DNA from: Felis catus
Lineage: Eukaryota
DNA: 64,000 nucleotides
NCBI RefSeq assembly: GCF_018350175.1
Contig: NC_058369.1
Location: forward strand, 162,378,001-162,442,000
Direction of reading: 5' to 3'
Shown one piece after another: positions 35,427 to 48,019 of this stretch; position 1 is the stretch's first letter, and the number at the start of each line of letters is the position of its first letter. Both the position numbers and the translations under genes were made by a program. The notes beneath the pieces were generated by a model. It worked only from the letters and a program-made list of their open reading frames with translations. It did no database searches and was not told the DNA's origin.

Positions 35427-36032
35427 ATATGCCCGTGGCCCGTGACAGCTGGACACGGGACCCTAGGGTTGGCACACTGCGGCCCGGCTGCCCATGTCTC
35501 CTCTCCTGCCTTGGTACGCGTCTGTGCGCTTTAATCACGCTGGCCACCGGGCCGCAAGTTGGGCTCTTTGTTTACCTGTGTTCCTAAGAGCAGCCCCTCC
35601 CTCCTACCCCCACCTCAAGGGAAGATCCCATACTGTCCCTCCACGCACTTCAAGGACACACCACCTCCGCGGCCTCTAGCATGGGTGAGGACCGTCCTCG
35701 AGCAGCTGGTGGCGTGAGGCTGTCTGCCACCTGTGCTGTGCGGCTGGGGAGGAGGCTGCGTGCTGAGCCGCGTCCTCGGCCGCTGCCACCGTGGCTGCGC
35801 GGGTCTGAGACTTAAGGGAAGAAAGGCGCTTTTTCCTAAGGCTAAAGGTAAGAAAGGCAGGGCGCACTCATCTGCTGTCCCGGCCAGTCCTGGGGAGAGG
35901 ACGCGGCAGAGCACCGAAGCTGGCGTCCTCCACCCTACAAAGCTGCCTGTTCAGAGGACCCTCTGCTGTGGTCCCCCCTGTCCCATGGGACCCTGGAGCC
36001 TTTGCTGCCCATCCTCACCCTCACTGATCCCT

Positions 36033-36038
36033 ATTAAA
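36033..36038 (+). terminator. LRRC61 poly(A) signal (ATTAAA)
   Basis: ATTAAA ~600 nt after stop, GT-rich sequence downstream. Confidence 0.6.
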
Positions 36039-36202
36039 TCTTTCTGTTGGCGGAAGCATCGCTGCCTGTCATTCGTGCGTGAGTTTCGTTTTCCCCAGCA
36101 CGGACCAGAAGTCTCCTGTCCCTCCTGTAAGACCTCGCTCCCACAGTTGAGCCGAGAAGGAGGCCATACAAGAGGAGGAGAGCACGAATCTGGGAGAGCG
36201 GT

Positions 36203-36208
36203 TTTATT
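36203..36208 (-). terminator. RARRES2 poly(A) signal
   Basis: AATAAA on minus strand in the terminal non-coding exon (acceptor at 36304 with strong pyrimidine tract). Confidence 0.75.
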
Positions 36209-36494
36209 AGCTCGGGGATAATGGGATCGTCCTCCCTGGGCGTGGGGATGGGAGGTGGGTCTTTCACTGGTTACCTCCTGCTGTCCGGGAAGCGGGACAA
36301 AATTCTAGAGGAAAAGAAAGAGAAGCTAAGATTTGGGTGTGAGGGAGGCTGTTTGGGTCGGTCCAAGCTTTTTTCCCAGGCTCTGAATCCTTACCCCTTC
36401 CCCCCCCATCCCCGCCGCCTCCCTGGGCCCCACCCTGGCCCAGCTGTCCCGGCTCCGCCCAGTCCCCCTTGTCCTGGCCACCTACCAGCAGGCC

Positions 36495-36611
36495 TCAGCT
36501 GGGGGGCAGGGCCTTGAAGAAGGCAAATTGTCCCGGGAAGTAGTAGCTGTGGGGGTCCTCTCCTGCACGCTCCACCCTGCTGCACTGCCCCTCGTGCTGT
36601 TCCTCAGGCTC
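36495..36611 (-). CDS. RARRES2: Chemerin last coding exon
   Basis: EPEEQHEGQCSRVERAGEDPHSYYFPGQFAFFKALPPS*; chemerin YFPGQFAF motif. Confidence 0.96.
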   Translation of the reverse strand, partial: EPEEQHEGQCSRVERAGEDPHSYYFPGQFAFFKALPPS

Positions 36612-36835
36612 CTGCCAGCGCCAGCAGCGGCTCAGGCCCATGGCTGTCCCTGCTGTCCCCGCAGCGGCGCCCCGGGGAGGGTGGCGCCCGCCTCCACATC
36701 CCTTAGGGAATAGCGGGGCCAGGCCCAGAGCCCCTCCCCACCCTCCTTCACAACCTCCTCACCCCTTCCTCACCTTCCCCCCCCTTGCCATCCTCCTCCC
36801 CGCTCCTCTCCACCTCCTCCTCTGCCCGCTCTTAC

Positions 36836-36931
36836 CCGTTGGACCTGCGTGAGTATGGGGCAGTGGACCATCCGGCCTAGGACTTTGTCTGCAGAGTTCA
36901 GCTTGATGCAGGCCAGGCATTTCCGCTTCCT
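36836..36931 (-). CDS. RARRES2: Chemerin coding exon 3
   Basis: RKRKCLACIKLNSADKVLGRMVHCPILTQVQR; AG/GT flanks. Confidence 0.95.
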
Positions 36932-37797
36932 CTGGGGAGGGGAGCATGGGGCCGGGGAGGAGAGAGGTCAGGGCAGTCCTGTGGCCCCGGCGGGGTGGAA
37001 ACTGGGGGCCGCGTGCCGTGGGGATGGGTGCTCCCAGCAGGCTGTAGGGCGGAGAGGTGAGGGGTTCTGCGGGCCAGGCCCACCCCAGGACGGGGAGATC
37101 TCACAAGTCGGGCCCATCCTGCAGCTCTCAAGCTAATGGTGTGTGTGCAGGCAGGACTCCTTCCCCAGATGGACTCTCCCCACCAGACTTTGACCAGAGC
37201 CACTCTACTGATATATTAATTTGCATTTTCTTCTGGGATTTTATTTGAATACAAGGGTCATGACATAAAAGTCTGGAAAAAGTCACTGGTATAATCCAGT
37301 CCCTCCCTTAACAGACGGAGGGAACTGAGGCCTTCAAGGAGCTGACAGTCACAGGCTGGTGATTGGGAGGGCCGGGACTAGCACTGGATCTCCCAGATCG
37401 TGGCACTCCCAGCCTGGGGACTCCCCCGTGGCAAGGGCTGTGCCCCCCAGGTGACAGAATACAGTCAAGCCCTGTTACGAATCAGTCCAGGCTGGGCTTT
37501 GTCTACTTGAAGACTCACGAAAGTGGGGAGTTCACCGGGCCTGGGATGGGGACCCGGCAAACCCCATACCGTGGGCCTCTTCCACCAGTGACTGGAAGCC
37601 GGAGAGAGGAGCTCGGACAGGAGGAGGACTCTCCCTGAAGAACATCTGTCCTCTCTGCTCCTGCCTGTCCCGGCCCTGGCCGCCCACAGTGCCATGACCC
37701 GGGGCCCACACAGCCAGGTCGGCCTCTAGGGAGGCTGCCCCAACCTCAGGGCTTTTTGCTGGACCCCGATGACATATGCTCGCACCGAGTGAATGCC

Positions 37798-37800
<3 letters not shown>

Positions 37801-37852
<52 letters not shown>

Positions 37853-37863
37853 CTCACACACAC
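37801..37863. repeat. (TC)n(CA)n microsatellite in RARRES2 intron
   Basis: ~24 TC units followed by CA units. Confidence 0.95.
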
Positions 37864-37877
37864 AGGCCTTCACTCAC

Positions 37878-37982
37878 CCCATTGGGCTTGACTTTGCACT
37901 CAGCTTTTTTCCAGTCTTTCTTCCGGCAGCTCGTCTGCTGGAGCTTAAATTCCAGCCTCACAAAGGTCCCTGCAGGGAAGAG
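37878..37982 (-). CDS. RARRES2: Chemerin coding exon 2
   Basis: LFPAGTFVRLEFKLQQTSCRKKDWKKAECKVKPNG|gtgagt. Confidence 0.96.
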
Positions 37983-38185
37983 CTGCCGACAGACAAAGGC
38001 CAGCAGCCGGCTGAGCGGCCCAGCAGTCCCTAGATGTGACCTGCCCCTCCTCCCCTGCGTGAAACAGCACATCTGAGAAGGCGGCTGGGATGCCGGCGCC
38101 TCTGGAGAACCGGGTGCTCGAGCCCAAGCACTTCTGCACCTGCTTCCTGCCCCCTCCCCTCCCCTCCCCAGGCAGCGCCGCTAAC

Positions 38186-38359
38186 CGTGTCTGTGGCACT
38201 GTCCACGCCAATCTCCTTGAAGGCCCACTGAACAGGCGGGTGCTTGTGGAATTCTTCCAGGGCCACCTGCAGGCCCCGCTGCTGGGCCGCCGTGAGCTCC
38301 GCTCTGCCCAGGCCCACCATGCCCAGCCACAGGGCCACGGGGATCAGCAGCTGCCACAT
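38186..38359 (-). CDS. RARRES2: Chemerin coding exon 1 (signal peptide)
   Basis: MWQLLIPVALWLGMVGLGRAELTAAQQRGLQVALEEFHKHPPVQWAF...; four exons sum to 492 nt = 163 aa. Confidence 0.96.
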
Positions 38360-40705
38360 GGCTTCACCTCTGTCACCCTGGCCTTGCAGAGAGTGTGTGC
38401 AGCCAGAGGAGCCACCAGCCCGGGCCCTGCAGCTGGTGGGGGAGGCAGAGGTGGAGGGGCAGGAAGTGGCCCTCTTGTCCAGACTCCCCTGGTATTCCCC
38501 TCGTCCTTGCTCCCCTCTCCACCCCCCCCCCCCCTTTGCCCTGGATCCAGCTCAGCCCACGGTTGGCCTTGTCCCGGCTAGATGCTGAGCTGGCTTTTGT
38601 CCTCAGGCCAAGAGCCTGGGAAGCCCTCCTGTCTCCCACTACCACGGTTCCGCCTCACTGTTTCCTAAAGCATTTTTTCTCTCCCCGTGTGTCTCCAGTC
38701 CCCTTTCCTGCCTGCTGCCCCCAGAGCTCCTCTCTGCTTCCCCCACCTCAGCCTCTCCAGGTCCGCTTCTGCCCCAGCACGCCCGAGCCTGCTGGCTCCC
38801 TCGTAGTCCTGGGAGCCCTGGCCCTGGCACCCCCTCGGGCCCCCAAGGCTAACTCAAGGGGGAGGGGCAGGACACAGAAGGAGGCCAGCTGGAGGCAGAA
38901 TATTTTTGGGAGGACGTAAACACAAGGGAGGGGCCCAGAGCAGGGTGGGAACCCGGAGGATGCTTAACCCTCCCTGTGCTGGGGCTGCCTGTGGCCATTG
39001 GCCCTATGTAGCCCTGATCCCCGAAACCAAACCGGGGTCTCAGCTCCACCCTACCATGGCTTTCTTCTTTAGGCAGAAGTCTCCTTTAACTTCTTTTCTG
39101 GGGCCTTCCCCCACCACCCCTTTCCCAGCCCTTCTGATCCCGTCCCCCAGCCCACCCCAGCCCACCCCAGCCCACGACTGGGGTTGCCTGAGGCATGGAC
39201 CCACCCCCAGAACTCCAGTGTACTGGCGGTCTTAGAACCAGAAGGTTACAGATGTGGAAACAGAAGCCCCCTCGGTGAAAGATACCAGGGTGTTGCCTTA
39301 TAGCAAAGGCTCATGGACGGACAGACGGACAGTTGGGTTGACGGATCTCACCCTTGGAGCTGCTCCCTGTGGCCCCTCCTTTCACCTAGCTGCCTCTGGG
39401 GCCCACTCCCCTCCTCACCTCCTCTCTGCTTCAGGGCCTCTGCTGCCCTTCTGGCCGACTGTGGCAAGCCTGTCAGCCTCTTCCTGCCCCCCACCCTCCA
39501 ATCCGGTTCGGCCCCCATCTCCTCCCACACCCCCCTCCAGCTCCCAGCCCTCCCAAGGCTCCTCCCCACCCCGTTAGGATAGGCAGCCAGCCCTGGAGAC
39601 CTCCCACCTCCCATCCACCCTCCCGCTTCCCCGCCCTGACTTGCCGCCTGACCTTCACCCCAACCCTGGCCAATCCACCCTCCCCTCCACTTCCCCTTGG
39701 CTGAGGAGCCCAAGCATTCAGCGGTCTTGGCCCGGCTTCTCCATGGAATATGGGACTGCCCGGCCCCCTGTCCTGCCTCCGTAGGGCTGCCCTCTTCTTC
39801 AGCCCCTCCTGGGTGACCAGTCCCCAGCATCCTCAGACCCGCATTTCGGGAAAGCCTTCCCACAAATACAGACATCCTTAAACCCGATGAGGCCTCAGGA
39901 GTCATTCGACCCCTCCCCCTGCCTCCGAGGCCACACGGGGAGAGAGAGGAGTATGGTGTCCAGTGACTTACCACCAGCAAACATGTTCAGTCTTGATGCT
40001 GCGTGTCTCATCCTTGGTGCTGATAGATTCAGAGGTCTCGTGCGAGCCCGCAGGCACGTCGGAACGGTGTGATGGAATTCACCAGGCTAGTGTGGGACGA
40101 GGGGGAAACTGTCCAAATACCACTCAGCCGCCATGCATCCTGAGCAAATAGGAACCAGCTCTGGGACCTGGTGGGCCGGGAACTAGCACTGGCGTTTCTC
40201 TGGCTCCAGGCCCTAGGCTAATTACCCCAAACAGAGGGTCTCATTTACCCTCCCCCCAAATCCCCGGAACTTCTGCTTCCTTCTCTGCAAGGTGGCCATC
40301 AGAAACTCCACGCTACGGGCTTGTTTTGAGGATTAAATGAGGACATACGTGGAAAGTGACTGATGGCCCAGGGTTTGGCACAAGTTTCCTCCCCTTCCCT
40401 ATTCACTCCTGCTGTGCTTCTCCACAGGGAGCTGACAGCTTCCTTTGCCATGTGCTCTGGGGGTACCAGAAAGACCCTTGGCTTCTGGTAGCTCAGTTAC
40501 CACGGCTCCTTCCCAGCCGGCTTGTAGAACAGGTTCTGTGTCTCAACCATGGTTGTCTCCTTTCCGGCTTCTTTCTCCTTGTGAATTTATATCTTTTTAT
40601 TCATTTACCATCGTTTTGATGGAGTTTTGGAAGGGAGTAGGGATAAACACATGTGTGATCCACCATGTTTAATCAGAGTTCATGAACTATTTTTATTTAT
40701 ACACA

Positions 40706-40927
40706 NNNNNNNNNNNNNNNNNNNNNNNNNNNNNNNNNNNNNNNNNNNNNNNNNNNNNNNNNNNNNNNNNNNNNNNNNNNNNNNNNNNNNNNNNNNNNNN
40801 NNNNNNNNNNNNNNNNNNNNNNNNNNNNNNNNNNNNNNNNNNNNNNNNNNNNNNNNNNNNNNNNNNNNNNNNNNNNNNNNNNNNNNNNNNNNNNNNNNNN
40901 NNNNNNNNNNNNNNNNNNNNNNNNNNN
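40706..40927. other. Assembly gap (further gaps at 44411-44546 and 53796-53983)
   Basis: N runs. Confidence 1.
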
Positions 40928-41168
40928 GGGGGGCCACCAATCCAGTATGACTGGTGTCCTTATAAGAAAAGATTAGGACACAGAAGGAGGGCCACGTGAA
41001 GACACAGGGACAAGACAGCCATCTACAAGCCAAGTAGAGGAGCTGCAGAAGAACCAACTGTGTGGACACCTTGACCTCGGACTTTTGGCCACAAGAATTG
41101 TGATCATACCTTTCTACTCTTTGAACCACCCGGTGTGTGTGTTACAGCAGCCCTAGCAAACCTACACA
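40928..41168 (+). mobile_element. MaLR MLT1 LTR, 3' half
   Basis: aatccagtatgactggtgtccttataagaa...gttacagcagccctagcaaac. Confidence 0.8.
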
Positions 41169-41344
41169 CACACGTACAAAAGAAATCCTTTCCTAAGACT
41201 TGGTACTATGCACTCAACCCGATTATTAGAAAAGCCACGTCTTTGTCTATACGACACAATAATCAGTGATCCAAAGAATGAGGCTAGGATGGCTAATACT
41301 AGGCTGAAAAAGAATCAAAATTAACTTTTTAAGAATAAACATAT

Positions 41345-41579
41345 GGGAGCGCGTGGGTAGCTCAGTCGGTTAAGCATCCAACTCCTGATTTCAGCTCAGG
41401 TCACGATCTCACAATTCATGAGTTCGAGCCCCGCATGAGGCTCCATGCACTGACAGTGCGGAACGGAGCCTTCTTGGCTACTCTGTCTCTTCCTCTCTCT
41501 GCCCCTCCTCTGCTTTCTCTCTTTCTCTCTCTCTCTCAAAATAAATAAGTAAACTTAAAAAAGAAAAACATTAAAACAA
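41345..41579 (+). mobile_element. Can-SINE
   Basis: Head + CT tract + A tail; TSD aagaat(a/c)aacatat. Confidence 0.88.
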
Positions 41580-41990
41580 AAGAATCAACATATGAATCTT
41601 GTATTTTATCTGGAAAAAATATTTAAGAGATCAGGATGCCATTTTTAATGTTTTGACGTGGCAGGAAATGAAACTTGGATTTTAATCAGTGGAAGTACCT
41701 TAATATTAACATGCCATTAACATTTTATAATTTATAATTACTCTTTCAAGAAAATTCAGCAAACTAATACAAGGAATTTGCACCTTTATGGAGTACATTT
41801 AAAGAGTCAGCTTCATGATGCAAAATTATTTTTCTAAATCAAAGTGGTCAGAAGGCAAATACCAAGCTGAATATCCAACAGACCTCATGGAGTCCATTAA
41901 ACCTCATGCAGGGATCCACCACTAGATGGAGATGGTGAGCACAAGCTAGGTCCTTTACCCCTCGCCAGGTCTCTGCCAATTTTTTCTTTA

Positions 41991-42204
41991 AAAAAAAAAA
42001 AAATTTTTTTTTAATGTTTATTTATTTCTGAGACAGACAGAGACAGAGCATGAGTGGGGAAGGGGCAGGGAGAGAGGGAGACACAGAATCCGAAGCAGGC
42101 TCCAGGCTCCTAGCTGTCAGTGCAGAGCCTGATGCGGGGCTCAAACTCACAAACCACCTGAGCCCAAGTCGGTGGTTCAGCCGACTGAGCCACCCAGGCG
42201 CCCC
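41991..42204 (-). mobile_element. Can-SINE
   Basis: TSD tct(g/a)ccaattttttc. Confidence 0.88.
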
Positions 42205-42576
42205 TCTACCAATTTTTTCAAATAATAGGCTGTAGAATTATTTTTCTTACATATTTGCGGTAGCCTATGGTCACTTTTTGATTTATGGTTTGACTGTAAG
42301 AAGTGTTTTTAGCTCCATCTGACCCATAAATCATGCCAATCTGTTACAATGATTTTTGTCTACCCTGCACACATTTGTTAGAACTGTGAACCAGGGCAGG
42401 CACAGATAATAAACAGCGTCTCCACCAGTGGAAGGTTCTTAGAGCAGTTTAGAAGCTATGAAATTAAATACTTTCCAAATGTTCTTTTTAAAATTAATTT
42501 TATTTTGTATAATGTGGTTGAATGTAGTAATTTAATGGAATGTTACTGTGTAGTAGTTAATGATGTTATATTGTAA

Positions 42577-42796
42577 TTTTTTTTTTAAATTAATGTTTAC
42601 TTATTTTTGAGAGAGAGATAGAGACAGAGCGTGAGCCTGGGGAGGGGCAGAGAAAGAGGGAAACACAGAATCCGAAGCAGGCTCCAGGCCCTGAGCTGTT
42701 AGCACAGAGCCCAACTCGGGGCTCGAACCCATGAACTGTGAGATCTCGACCTGAGCGGAAGTGGGATGCTCAACTGGCTGAGCCACTCAGGCGCCC
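42577..42796 (-). mobile_element. Can-SINE
   Basis: TSD tattgtaatt. Confidence 0.88.
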
Positions 42797-44099
42797 GTAC
42801 TATTGTAATTCCTAATAACGTCCTCAAAACAAACCTTCTTAAGTCCCGTTTAGAGGAGACTCTTCTCATGTTTTAAGACAGCTGAGGCAAACCACTTCTA
42901 AGAACATCTGAGGTCTCATTGGCCAGTTCTGAAGGCATCGAATTTAACTGTGACCCAGATTTGGTCTTGGAACGGAGGAGAAAGGCTCTGAGTTGAAACC
43001 AGGCTTTACGTTCTGACTTGCCACGTGGATTTGTTTGAGAGGAGTCTGGGTGGGAATGAGCTCAGGTCGGAGGTAGCACTTTCGGTATTTGGTGAACACG
43101 CAGAGTGGTGCGTGCCCCTTGCAGGAAGGAAACACTTGCACATACACCTGCTTCTGCTGAACTGCGAAGGCTTCACAGAGATTCTATTTAGAATTTCCTT
43201 GTGTTTCTAAATCAAGCTTGGCTTTTAGTAGATTTTTAAACCACGAATGGATACCCACAGGCTTCCAAATCCACCTTTTGAATTAGGTTGAAGAAGACAC
43301 AGCCCGATGCCAGTCGGGAGTAGAAATAGACCCGGCATCATCCTAATAGAGGTGATCTGACCTGGAAAGGGTAAAAATGGAGATCTCCAGGGAAAGTCAA
43401 GTACCTCCTCTCTTGGCTGAGACGCCAAAATGCTTTGTTGCCACTCTTCCTGGCAGCATGTGGTCCTGAGAGCAAATCACCAAGCGGCTGGTAAACGTGG
43501 TCCCCAGGACGTCAGGCGTCCTCCTCCCACTGAGCATCGGTTCCCCTCAGAGCCAGAGGCTCCTCAAAGGTTCTCGCGTTCCTGTCATTCTAGAATAATG
43601 TTCTGGGTAAAAGAATATGTCTGAGGCACTGCTACCTACAGTCAGAGTCCTTCGAGGGGGAGAATTACAGACCCAAGTTTTCTCCTAAGTGTCTTCTTTT
43701 TTGCCTCCCTCACATATTGATTGGAGTTTTCCTACGAGGAAAAGTGGTATTTTTCTCTCAGAGTTCTGTGAGACTCCTATCATCTGCTTAACAAGCAGTG
43801 GCCAAGGCGGGGAGAGTTTGAAGTTTGCTGGTAAACGATTGATCCAGAATGCTGCCTCCACACCTGTGTGTTCTAATCCAATTCACTCAGCGTGGGCCGG
43901 AGCTCTTCTGTTTTCTCAGTCATTCGGCCCACAGCACTTACCGAGTTCCTACCATGAACCTGAAGCCTTTCTAGAGGCTGGCTACGGTAGACAAGACAGG
44001 CCAGATCCTTGCTTTCTAAGTGAGTACATATCTAAACGGTTTCCCGTGGGTGACGAGAGCAATGCAGAACAGTAAAGCCGAATAGGGCAGCTAGCAGGT

Positions 44100-45645
44100 G
44101 ATGGGGTAGGAGCCGGTGGGGGGCTGATAAAGACCCTCTGATCCCTGCTCAGGTCCCAGTGGCTGGAGTCTATGAATGTTACCTTATATGGCAAAGGGGG
44201 CTGCAGATGTGAGTAGGCTAAGAATTTCGAGATGGGGAGATTATGTTGGGGAGCGATAATTAACAACAAAATCTCCTACCAACCCGGCAAAAACTCTCCT
44301 CAAAGGCGGAAGAGAAAGAAAACGGTTTGTCGAATAAACAAGAAACCAGGAAGAGATGTACATTACAGGCAGTCCGCTAAGAGATTGGGAAAACAGAAAG
44401 AGATCTCACCNNNNNNNNNNNNNNNNNNNNNNNNNNNNNNNNNNNNNNNNNNNNNNNNNNNNNNNNNNNNNNNNNNNNNNNNNNNNNNNNNNNNNNNNNN
44501 NNNNNNNNNNNNNNNNNNNNNNNNNNNNNNNNNNNNNNNNNNNNNNTAGTCCTTCCCGGATTTGTCACCCGTAGTTCATCCTGAATTCACCTGGCGATTG
44601 GGGTAGCCACCTGTGTTTGCTAATTGCCTTTAAGCAAAGGAAAAATGCACGGCTCCTATCTTTATATCAGGAGGTGGGTTTGCAGCTTGGAGCCAGGGGC
44701 CCACAGAAGTCAGGCTCCCACCCTTCCTCCCTGGGTGTGTGGGGGGGCGGGGAGGCAGCGGGACCCAGGGTCACCATCTTCCTTGATGTTTACATATCAG
44801 AGAGGTGGCTCCCAGGGCTTTGGGAAAGAGGCCTGGGCTGCAAAGCTGGCAAGAGGCTTGTGGTAGCTTTTAAAAGGATTTGCGTGCATCTCCAAGGGGC
44901 AGAGAAAAACTCACAATGACAACTTTTCTTTTTTAATTTTTTTTAATGTTTGTTTATTTTTGAGAGACAGAGCGCGATTGGGGGAGGGGCTGAGAGAGAG
45001 GGAGACACAGAATTCCAAGCAGGCTCCAGGCTCTGAGCTGTCAGCACAGAGCCCGACGTGGGGCTTGAACCCACAAACCAGGAGATCATGACCCGAGCTG
45101 AAATCGGACTCTTAACCGACTGAGCCACCCAGCCGCCCCACCATGATGAGTTTTCTCAAGTAAATGCTCTAGGGGAAGGGGTGGGGAGGGAAAGTCTGTC
45201 CCTTTTTGCACCAGGGAGAATTAAAACTTATTTTTCATACTTTTAACTTGTATTTGCCCTCGCGATTAGCCTGGATTGTCCGAGCGGCCCCCACACATGA
45301 TCACAAGAGTCCTCACAAGAGACAGGCAGGGGGAGCTCTGACTCCAACAGGGACAGATGTGACAACCAAGGTGACGCGTGCTACACTGTTGGCCTGGAAG
45401 CCGGAGGAAGGGGCCCCGAGCCCCGGGGAACACAGGACACAGCTCTAGAAGCTGCAGGAGGTGAGGAGACCAGATTTTCCCTTAGAGCCTCCGGAGGGAA
45501 CACAGCCTTGCCGACCCCTCGATTCCTGCCCTAGCCGACTTTGGACTTCTGGCCTCTTCCAGAACCGCGAGAGAACACATGTGTGTTGTCCTAAGCCACC
45601 AGATTGGTGGTAATTTGTCACAGCAGGCCACAGGAAGCTCCTACA
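44100..45645 (+). mobile_element. MLT1 LTR split by an ERV1-like solo LTR (44244-45264) that itself carries a Can-SINE (44925-45139)
   Basis: MLT1 ...gagatggggagatta| resumes at |attagcctggatt; 4-bp TSD atta. Confidence 0.75.
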
Positions 45646-46852
45646 GGTGCAGAGAGGAGGGCCTTTCACTGGGAAGAGCGTTTGGAGGAGAGGAAACTCG
45701 AGCTGGGATCTGAGGGAAGTGATGAGTGATCCCAGCGGATGGAACCGCCACAGCAAAGGCCCCATGGGGGGACTGGGCTCTTGTGGCTGGGCAGCGTCCA
45801 GCCAGACAGGTGGGGGGGGCCCAGGGACAGAGGCGGGCATGGTCAGACCCGGTGGAACCCGAGAGAGACACTGGCCATCTGAGAGGTTTCCAAATAAAGG
45901 GCCATGCTGGCCCAGGGTTGGGCCTGGGGCAGAGGGGGAGAGTAGGGGAGGCTGGCGGAAGGGCCTGGGGCAGTGAGGGGGCACAGGTGGGAGGCGCCCG
46001 GGCACTGGCTTCACCGCAGGAAATCAGATCTCTACCTGGTTTCCTACTGACCAATTCTGTGCTTTTCCTTTCAGAAAAAAACAGACACCACAGGAGAAGG
46101 TCTGGTGCAGCAGTTTGGGTGGGGGGGACCTTTGCCCTCCGTCTGGGGCTGCTCTTACAGCACCGCCTTGCCTTGCACAAGGAGGGGCGCTTTGATCTTT
46201 TCCTGAGGAGTTTCCACGACACTGAGCAGGCTCCTTTGCCCGGGTGCTGGCCTGGGACACTCAGGGCCTTCCTCAGTGGGGGCCGCGGCTGCTTTCTGCC
46301 CACATCCCCATGGGGGAGGCTCACGATGGAGGGCTGCCTGAGCGGGTGCACGGGGCCAGCAGGCATGCCCTCCACCAAGGTCTGCTGGGACCTTTTCAGC
46401 CTCCTCCCCCGGCTGCCCGCAAACTCCTGGACTGAGCCCTGTGAGGGTTTCCAGTCTGCCTTCGGGAAGCTGTCTCAAGCCAGAGTTAACAAGTGTTAGT
46501 TGCGTTAGAGTGACATTCTCTCCAGCTTTTCAATAGCCATCCATTCAAAATTTGTCAGCAACTGCTTGGTTTCATTTCATATTAAGTACTACCCCACCAA
46601 GAGAGATTTCCATCACTAAACCAGGGCTACGAGTCCTCTCCACATCCTTTCATGGGAAATAGCGCGGGCCATTTCTGTGTGGCTCGTGAAGGGGTGAGCG
46701 TGTGGCCCAGTGGCAGACGGCAGGCGCTGACTCTCTATTTGTTGGATGTCCAGTGAGTCCAGTGGGGACGGCTGGGACAGTGTATCTGCGAGAGGTGGAC
46801 GCAGTTTTCCCTCTTGCAGATACAGGATGGCTTCCAGACAATACTTGATCCT

Positions 46853-47033
46853 GGGGGGCCTGGTGGCTCAGTGGGTTGAGCGTCTGAGTCTCGATTTTGG
46901 CTCAGGTCATGATCCCAGGGCTGTGGGATCGAGCCCCGTCTCCGGCTCTGCCCTGGACGTGGAGTCTGCTTGAAATTCTCTCCCTCTCCCGCTTGCACAC
47001 GTGCTTTCTCTCTAAAATAAAAAATAATAAAAA
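46853..47033 (+). mobile_element. Can-SINE
   Basis: gggggcctggtggctcag head, A tail. Confidence 0.85.
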
Positions 47034-47320
47034 GAGATGCTATGGCCTAACAAAACATTTTAAACAATACTCGATTCTCTTCAAGGAGGATATCTGGAGA
47101 CATGGTTCCCCTCATCCCCTGGCATGCCCACCTACTTTGTCATCTAATCCAGTAGTGGGAGCCAGCCACCGTTGGAGGGGAAGGGGGATCCTCCCTGAGC
47201 CCCTGGCAATTTTTGCTGTCCGGTGGGTCCTATACCCTGTCCAGCCCCATCATTCTCTGGTGAGCACGTCAGAGCTACTCCACCGGGGCAGGCCACTTAG
47301 CTGGCTGCTGTACCTCCCCC

Positions 47321-47370
47321 CTACATCCTCCTCCCCCGCTACATCCTCCTCCCCCGCTACATCCTCCTCT
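47321..47370. repeat. 18-bp tandem repeat, ~2.7 copies
   Basis: ctacatcctcctcccccg repeated. Confidence 0.9.
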
Positions 47371-47789
47371 AAGGCATACTGAGGGGTGAAGTCTCAAATA
47401 CCAAGGCCTAGAATTCCTGGCTGGTAGAAAGTCAGGGAATCCCTCGCAACTCCTGTGTTCATTTCGTCTCTGCAGAGCAAGGGACCCATCATTTCCTTTG
47501 GCTCTGCCAGAAGAGGAAGTTACAGCAGGTGCTTAACTCCTGACTGGGCGGGAAGACACTCCTTCCATCGGGGCCCAGGGAGTGAGGGAGTAGTTAATGG
47601 ACTTCAGTGAAGAGCCTTTCGACTAAGAGACTCTGATTACCAACAGAGGAAGATACTTTGGAGGGTCTGTGAAGGAATTTCCCATTGAGGGTGCTTGTGG
47701 GATTGCAGTGTTTGGATGTATCACATTTAGCCATGAACTGATGGATATCTCACAATTACTCTGGGCTGGCCCAGCATTTGGTCTACACA

Positions 47790-47982
47790 TTTGTTTATTT
47801 TTGAGAGAGACAGAGTGTGAGCAGGGGAGGGATAAAGAGAGAGGGAGACGCAGAATCCGAAGCAGGCTCCAGGCTCTGAGCTGTCAGCACAGAGCCCGAC
47901 ACAGGGCTTGAACTCACAAACTGTGAGATCATACCCTGAGCTGAAGTTGGACACTTAACTGACTGAGCCACCCAGGCGCCCC
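47790..47982 (-). mobile_element. Can-SINE
   Basis: Reverse SINE body. Confidence 0.88.
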
Positions 47983-48019
47983 TACATTTAATCTACAAAT
48001 AGAAACCTCGACTGTGAGA

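Noticed and set aside
40627-41129. ORFs spanning N gaps
   Set aside because: Artefacts of untranslatable N runs
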